Assembly (NCBI RefSeq): GCF_003019035.1
Contig: NZ_CP027447.1
DNA: 64,000 bases
Strand: one strand, 5' to 3'
From: Escherichia coli
GTDB lineage: Bacteria; Pseudomonadota; Gammaproteobacteria; Enterobacterales; Enterobacteriaceae
How positions within the stretch are numbered: the stretch's first letter is position 1; the number at the start of each line of letters is the position of its first letter. The notes beneath the pieces are model-generated. The model saw only the letters and a program-made list of their open reading frames with translations. It searched no databases and was not told the DNA's origin. Made by a program: the position numbers and the translations under genes. Positions 12,601-21,600 of this stretch are shown here, one piece after another.

Positions 12601-15600
12601 TTTGCAGCTCTCCGGCACCACCTCCGGCGTGGAAGCGGGGCAGACCATCACCGTTATTTTCGGCGGCAAAAGCTACACCACCACCGTGGCAACGGGCGGT
12701 AGCTGGGGCTTGACAGTTCCGGCGGCGGATCTCGCAACCTTGCCAGACGGCGCAGCAAACGTACAAGCCAGCGTCAGCAATGTCGCTGGCAACAGCGCCC
12801 AGGCAACGCATGCATACAGCGTTGATGCCACTGCACCCTCCGTCACCATCAACACCATCGCCACGGACGATAATCTTAACGCCACCGAAGCGGGATCGGC
12901 GCTGACCATCAGCGGCACCAGTACGGCAGAAGCCGGACAGACGGTAACCGTGACGCTAAACGGCGTCGATTACAGCGGCAACGTACAAGCAGACGGAAGC
13001 TGGAGCGTCAGCGTACCAACTGGCGATTTAGCCAACCTTACCGCCAGCTCGTATACCGTTAACGCCTCGGTCAGCGACAAAGCCGGAAATCCGGCTTCGG
13101 CAACGCATAATCTGACGGTGGACCTTGCCGCTCCGGTTGTCACCATTAACACGGTGGCGGGCGATGACATCATTAACGCCACAGAACACGGACAGGCGCA
13201 GATTATCAGCGGCTCGGCAACGGGCGCGACGACGGGTAACACGGTTTCCGTGACGATTGGCACGACCACTTACACCACCGTGCTGGACGCCAACGGCAAC
13301 TGGAGCATCGGCGTGCCTGCCAGCGTGATTTCCGCGCTGGCGCAGGGCGATGTGACCATTACCGCCACGGTCACCGACTCCGCAGGCAACAGCGGCACGG
13401 CCTCGCACACTGTCACCGTGGCGCTCGGCTCGCCGGTGCTCGCCATTAACACCATCGCCGTCGACGACATCATCAACGCCACGGAGAAAGGCGCGGATCT
13501 GGCGATTTCCGGCACCAGCGACCAGCCTGAGGGCACGCAGATAACCGTTACGCTCAACGGGCAAAATTACACCACCACTGCCGATGCATCCGGTAACTGG
13601 AGCGTGACCGTTCCGGCGTCACGGGTGAGCGCCCTCGGTGAAGCCACTTACACGGTGACCGCCTCCGCCACTGACGCCGATGGCAACAGCGGTTCCGCCA
13701 GCCATAACGTGCAGGTTAATACCGCGTTGCCGGGCGTCACCATTAACGTGGTGGCAACGGACGATATCATTAACGCCGCCGAAGCGGGCGCGGGCCAGAC
13801 CATCAGCGGGCAGGTAACGGGCGCAGCGGCGGGCGACACGGTGACCGTCACGCTCGGCGGGGCGACTTACACCGCCACTGTGCAGGCGGATTTTAGCTGG
13901 AGTATTAATGTTCCGGCAGCCGCTTTACAGGCGCTGGGCAACGGCGAGCTGACCATTTCGGCTTCGGTAACGAACAGCGTAGGTAATACCGGTAACGGCA
14001 CGCGTGAAATCACCATCGACGCGAATCTGCCCGGTCTGCGGGTCGATACTGTCGCTGGCGATGATGTGGTCAATATTATCGAGCACGGACAGGCGCTGGT
14101 GATTACCGGCAGCAGTTCCGGTCTGGCGATGGGCAGTAACGTCACGCTGACCATTAACGGGCAAACCTATGTTGCGGCGGTACTGGCGGATGGCTCATGG
14201 AGCGTCGGCGTTCCGGCGGTGGATGTCAGCGCCTGGCCTGTGGGGACGGTCACGATTACGGCGAGCGGTAGCACCACAGCCGGAAATCCGGTCAGCGTTA
14301 CGCATCCGGTGACTGTCGATCTCTCGGCGATTGCCGTCAGCATCAACGCCATTACCGCCGATGATGTGATTAACGCTGCTGAAAAAGGCGCGGCGTTAAC
14401 GCTCACCGGCAGCACTTCTGGTGTCGAAGCCGGACAAACGGTCACCGTCACCTTTGGCGGCAAAACTTACACTGCAAGCGTCGCGGCTAACGGTTCCTGG
14501 AGTACCACGGTTCCGGCGGCAGATATGGCAGCCCTGCGTGATGGCGATGCCAGCGCACAGGCCAGCGTCAGCAATGTTAACGGCAACAACGCCACTACTA
14601 CCCACGCTTACAGCGTCGATGCCAGCGCGCCAACGGTGGCCATTAACACTATTGCAGGCGACGATATTCTTAACGCCGCCGAAGCGGGTGCTGCGCTGAC
14701 TATCACTGGCAGCAGCACGGCGGAAGCGGGGCAGACGGTCACCGTCACGCTCAATGGCGAAAACTATACTGGCACGGTTCAAACGGACGGTAGCTGGAGC
14801 GTCAGCGTACCGCCAGCCGACGTAAGCGCCCTGACCGCCAGCAACTACACCGTTAGCGCGGCGGTGAGCGACAAAGCCGGAAACCCGGCCTCTGTTAACC
14901 ACAACCTGACGGTGGATACTTCCGTTCCGGTTGTCACCATCAACACGGTGGCGGGCGATGATGTGATCAACGCGACGGAACACGCCCAGGCGCAGATCAT
15001 CAGCGGCTCTGCCACGGGTGCGGCAACCGGCAGCACCGTGACGGTGACTATCGGCAGCAGCACCTTCACCACCGTGCTGGACGCCAGCGGTAACTGGAGC
15101 GTCGGCGTTCCGGCAAGCGTCGTCTCGGCGCTGGCGAACGGCACGGTGACCATTAACGCCAGCGTCACCGATGCCGCCGGAAACAGCGGCAGCGCCACGC
15201 ATCAGGTGACGGTCAATACTGGCCTGCCGTCAATTACCTTTAACGCCATCAGCGGCGATAACGTCCTGAACGCCGATGAAAAAGGCCAGCCGTTGACCAT
15301 TAGCGGTAGCAGTACGGGGCTGGCGACGGGCGCGCAGGTCACCGTCACGCTCAACGGTCATAACTACAGCGCCACCACCGACGCGGCGGGCAACTGGACC
15401 TTAACCGTGCCGGTGAGCGATCTGGCGGCTCTGGGCCAGGCCAACTATACCGTCAGCGCCAGTGCCACCAGTGCGGCGGGTAACACCGCCAGCAGCCAGG
15501 CGAATTTACTGGTCGATAGCGGCCTGCCGGGCGTTACCATCAACACCGTGGCGGGAGATGATATTATCAACGCCGCCGAAGCCGGGGCCGATCAAACCAT

Positions 15601-18600
15601 CAGCGGGGTGGTCACTCGTGCCGCCGCTGGCGATACGGTTACCGTCACGCTGGGCGGCAACACTTACACCGCTACGGTACAGAGCAACTTAAGCTGGAGC
15701 GTCAGCGTTCCGGCAGCCGATCTCCAGGCGTTGGGCAATGGTGATTTGACCATTACCGCCTCGGTTACCAACGCGAATGGCAACACGGGCAGCGGCACGC
15801 GGGATATCACCATTGATGCTAACCTGCCGGGGCTGCGGGTGGATACCGTGGCGGGCGATGATATCGTCAACAGTATCGAGCACGGGCAGGCGCTGGTGAT
15901 CACCGGCGGCAGTAGCGGCCTGAATGCAGGCGCTGTGCTGACGGTTACCATCAACAGTGTGGCTTATTCCACCACGGTACAGGCGGACGGAAGCTGGAGT
16001 GTCGGCATTCCGGCGGCAAACGTCAGCGCCTGGCCAGCGGGGGCATTAACCGTTGAGGTAGCCGGGCAAAGCAGCGCCGGAAACCCGGTCAGCGTCAGCC
16101 ATCCGTTCACCGTCGATTTAACGGCGGTGGCAATCAGCATCAACACCATTGCCAGCGATGACGTAATTAACGCCGCCGAAAAAGGCACTGGCCTGACCCT
16201 TTCCGGCAGCACCAGCGGGATTGAAAGCGGGCAAACCGTCACCGTCACTTTTGGCGGTAAAACCTACACTGCAAGCGTCGCCGCCAATGGAAGCTGGAGC
16301 GTAACGGTTCCGGCGGCAGATCTGGCAACTCTGCCAGACGGCGCGGCGAACGTGCAGGCCAGCGTTAGCAGCGCGAGCGGTAACAGCGCCTCGGCGACCC
16401 ATGCGTACAGCATTGACGCCAGCGCGCCGACGCTCACCATTAACACCATCGCCAGCGATGACATCCTTAACGCCACGGAGGCCGGAAGCCCGCTCACCAT
16501 CAGCGGCACCAGCACCGCCGAAATCGGGCAGACGGTGACCGTCACCCTTAACGGTACAACCTACACCGGCACTGTACAGGCGGACGGTAGCTGGAGCGTC
16601 AGCGTTCCCACTTCAGCCCTGGGCGCGCTGACCGCAAGCAATTACACCGTCAGCGCTACGGTCAATGACAAAGCGGGCAACCCCGGCAGCGCCAGCCAGA
16701 ATCTGGCGGTAGACACCACCGCGCCGGTTCTCACCATTAACACCGTGGCGGGCGATGACATCATCAACGACGCCGAACACGCCCAGGCGCTGGTGATCTC
16801 CGGCACCAGCAGCGGCGGGGAAGCGGGCGATGTGGTGAGCGTTGTGCTCAACGGCAAGACCTACACCACCACGCTGGACGCCTCCGGCAACTGGAGCGTC
16901 GGCGTACCGGCGGAGGATGTTACGGCGCTCGCTGGCGGTGTGCAGACCATTATCGCCAGCGTCAGCGATCGGGCAGGTAACAGCGATGACGCCAGCCGCA
17001 CCGTGACCGTCAGCCTCAGCGCGCCAGTGATTAGCATCAACACCATCGCGGGCGATGATGTGATCAACGCGACGGAAAAAGGATCTGATCTGACGCTTTC
17101 CGGCACCAGCGATCAGCCTGCGGGTACGGCGATCACCGTTACGCTGAACGGACAAAACTACAGCGCCACTACCGACGCCTCCGGCAACTGGAGCGTAACC
17201 GTGCCCGCCTCGGCGGTCAGTGCGCTGGGCGAAGCCACATATAGCGTCACGGCGAGCGTTACCAACGCTCAGGGCAACAGCAGTACCGCCAGCCATAATG
17301 TGCAGGTCAATACCGCGCTGCCGGGCGTCACCATTAATCCGGTGGCGACGGACGACATTATTAACGCCGCCGAAGCTGGCAGCGCGCAAACTATCAGCGG
17401 CCAGATAACCGGTGCGGCGGCGGGCAGCACCGTCACCGTTGAACTGGGCGGTAAAACTTACACCGCCACCGTCCAGGCTGATTTAAGCTGGAATGTGAGC
17501 GTACCTGCCTCCGACTGGCAGGCGCTGGGTAATGGTGAGTTAACGGTTAATGCCTCGGTGACCAACGCCGTTGGCAACACCGGTAGCGGCACGCGCGATA
17601 TCACCATCGATGCCAGTCTGCCTGGCCTGCGGGTGGATACCGTCGCGGGTGATGATGTGGTCAATATCATCGAACACAGTCAGGCGCAGGTGATCACCGG
17701 TAGCAGCTCCGGCTTTGCGGCGGGCACGGCGCTGACCGTAGTGATAAATAATCAAACTTACGCCGCCACGGTGATGGCGAACGGTAGCTGGAGCGTCGGC
17801 GTTCCTGCGACGGATGTCAGTAACTGGCCTGCGGGAACGCTGAATATTACCGTTAGCGGCGCGAACAGTGCCGGAACGCAAACCAGCATTACCCATCCGC
17901 TGACCGTTGATCTCACTACCGTTGCCATCAGCATTAACGCTATTACCCCTGATGATGTGATTAACGCCGCCGAAAAAGGCGCGGCGTTAACGCTCTCCGG
18001 CAGCACGTCAGGCGTCGAAGCGGGGCAGACCGTTACTATTACCTTTGGCGGCAAAACCTACACCACCACGGTGGCGGCTAACGGTAGCTGGAGCACTACC
18101 GTTCCGGCGGCGGATATGGCGACCCTGCGTGACGGCGATGCCAGCGCCCAGGTGCGGGTGACTAACGTCAATGGCAACAGCGCCACGGCAACACATGAAT
18201 ACAGCGTCGATAGCGCCGCGCCAACGGTGACCATCAACACCATTGCCAGCGATAACATCATCAACGCCAGCGAAGCGGCGGCGGGCGTAACGGTGTCCGG
18301 CACCAGCACCGCGGAAACCGGGCAGACGCTCACCGTTACGCTTAACGGCACTAACTACCAGACCACGGTGCAGGCAGACGGCAGTTGGAGCTTAACGCTG
18401 CCTGCCAGTGACCTAACCGCACTTGCCAATAACGGCTACACCCTGACCGCCACGGTCAGCGATCAGGCGGGTAACCCTGGCAGCGCCAGCAAAGGTGTGA
18501 CCGTCGATACCACCGCGCCCGTCATCAGCTTTAACACCGTGGCGGGCGACGATGTGATTAACAACGTTGAACACACTCAGGCGCAGATTATCAGCGGCAC

Positions 18601-21600
18601 CGCCACGGGTGCGGTGGCGGGCGACCGCCTGGTGGTGACCATCGCCGGGCAGCAGTATGTCACCAGCACCGATGCCAGCGGCAACTGGAGCGTTGGCGTG
18701 CCTGCCAGCGTGATTTCCGGCCTTGCGGACGGCACAGTGACTATCAGCGCCACCATCACCGATAGCGCAGGCAACAGCAGCACGCAGACGCACAATGTGC
18801 AGGTCAATACGGCGGCAGTGTCGCTCTCGGTCAGCACCATCAGCGGCGATAACCTTATTAATGCCGCCGAAGCAGGCAGTGCGCTGACCCTGAGCGGCAC
18901 CGGAACGAACTTTGCCGCAGGTACAGTAGTGACCGTGTTGCTTAACGGCAAAGGCTACAGCGCTACCATTCAGAACAACGGGAGCTGGAGCGTGAATGTG
19001 CCGGCGGCAGACGTTGCGGCGCTTGCCGATGGCACCAGCTATACGGTTAGCGCCTCCGCGCAGGACAGCGCCGGAAACAGCGCCACGGCCTCGCGCAGCG
19101 TGGCGGTGGATCTCACCGCGCCGGTTATCAGCATTAACACCGTTTCGACGGACGACCGACTCAACGCCGCCGAACAGCAGCAGCCGTTAACCCTTAACGG
19201 CTCGACCAGCGCGGAAGTAGGGCAGACGGTCACTGTCACCTTTGGCGGCAAAACTTACACTGCCACGGTGGCCGCCAATGGCACCTGGGCGCTTAACGTG
19301 CCTGCGGCGGATCTGGCCGCGCTCGGGCAGGGTGCGCAGACCATTACCGCCAGCGTGAACGATCGCGCCGGTAACCCCGGTCAAACCACGCACGCCCTGA
19401 CCGTCGATACCGTTGCGCCAACGGTCACCATCGCCACGGTGGCGGGTGACGATATTATCAACAACGCCGAGCAGCTTGCCGGGCAGACCATCAGCGGCAC
19501 CACCACCGCCGAAGTGGGCCAGACGGTGACCGTTACCTTTAACGGTCAGAGCTGGACCGCCACGGTTGGCAGCGGCGGAAGCTGGTCGGTGTTTATTCCG
19601 GCGCAGCAGTTTGCCGGATTAAGCGACGGCAGCTACACCATTAGCGCGACGGTTAGCGATCAGGCCGGAAACCCTGGTAGCGCCAGCCGTGGCGTGACAT
19701 TGAACGGCGACGTCCCCTCCGTCACCATCAACACCTTTGCGGGCGATGATGTGGTGAATGCAGCGGAACACGGCTCGTCTTTGGTGATCAGCGGCACCAC
19801 CACCGCGCCGGTCGGGCAGATGCTGACCCTGACCTTAAACGGTAAAACCTACACCACCACCGTGCAGACGGGCGGTAGCTGGAGCTACACCCTCGGCAGC
19901 GCCGATGTCACCGCGCTGGCGGACGGTAACGCCTACGTGATTAACGCCTCGGTGAGCAACGCTATCGGCAACACCGGCAGCAGCAATCACACCATTACTG
20001 TCGATCTCAGCGCCCCGGCGATGGGCATTAATATCGATTCCCTGCAAGCCGACACTGGCCTTAGCGCCAGTGACTTTATCACCAGCGTCAGCCCGGTGGT
20101 GGTCAACGGCTCGCTCACCGCCGCGCTTGCCAGTAACGAGACGGCGCAAATCAGTATCGACGGCGGCGTAACCTGGACCACGCTTACCGTTACCGGCACG
20201 ACCTGGCGCTATAACGACAGCCGCACGCTGACCGATGGCAGTTATCTCTATCAGGTGCGGGTGATTGACGCGGCGGGCAACGTCGGTGCCACCGACAGCC
20301 AGAATGTGGTGATCGACACCATCGCGCCAGATCCCGCGGTGAAAACCATCGCCATCAACGCGATCACCACCGATACTGGATTGATTACTAACGATTTTGT
20401 CACCAGCGACACGACGCTTGCGGTGAGCGGCACGCTGGGCGCGGCGCTTTCTGCCGGTGAGTTCGCGCAAATCAGCATTGATGGCGGCACCACCTGGCAG
20501 AATCTTTCGGTAAGCGGTTTGACCTGGACATATCTTGACGGGCGTACGCTGACTGACGGCAACTACAACTATCAGGTACGGGTGATCGACACCGCCGGAA
20601 ATATCGGCGCGACCGCCAGCCAGATAGTCACCGTGGATACCACCGCGCCGCTGGCGAGCAAAACCATCACCATTGCGGGCATCAGCGATGACACCGGGTT
20701 AAGCAGCAGCGATTTCGTTACTCGCGACACCACGCTGACCGTGCGCGGTACGCTCGGAGCGGCGCTTGCCGCCGATGAACGGGCGCAAATCAGCCTCGAC
20801 GGCGGCGTAACCTGGACCACCTTAACCGTTATCGGCACCAACTGGAGCTATGCCGATGGTCGCGCACTGACCGACGGCACCTGGAACTACACGGTGCGGG
20901 TGGTGGATCTGGCGGGGAACGTCGGGCAGACGGCGACGCAAAACGTGGTGGTCGATACCACCAGCCCGGAAGCGGCGAAAAGCATCACCATTACCGACAT
21001 CAGCGATGACACCGGAGCCAGCAGCAGCGATTTTATTACCAGCGACACCTCGCTGACCGTGCGCGGCGTACTGGGGGCGGCGCTAGGGGCTAATGAGTTC
21101 GCGCAAATCAGTACCGATAACGGTGCAACCTGGGTGAACGTAACGCTGGCGGCAGACGGCCTTAACTGGAGTTACGTTGACGGGCGTACGCTCACCAACG
21201 GCACCACCACCTGGCAGGTGCGGGTAGTCGATCTTGCGGGCAACGTTGGCGCAACCGGCAGCCAGTCGGCGCAGATTGACACCGTTAACCCGGCGCAGGT
21301 GTTGACCATCGCCAGCATCAGCACCGACACGGGTAGCTCGGCAACTGACTTTATCACCAGCGATACCACGCTCACGCTAACCGGTTCGCTGGGGACAGGG
21401 CTTGCCAGCGGCGAAGTGGCGCAGATTAGCCTCGATAGCGGCGCGACCTGGACCACGCTCACCACCAACGGTACACAGTGGACCTACACCGACAGCCGCA
21501 CGCTGACCGACGGCAGCTACGTTTATCAGGTGCGGGTGCTGGATCTGGCGGGGAACACCGGTCCGGTGGTATCGAAAACGGTGGTGGTCGATACGATTAA

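Noticed and set aside
5940..18540. Periodic repeats that could suggest a CRISPR array or satellite DNA
   Set aside because: The period is about 300 bp and 1.8 kb, in frame and protein-coding, with no short direct repeats separated by unique spacers.
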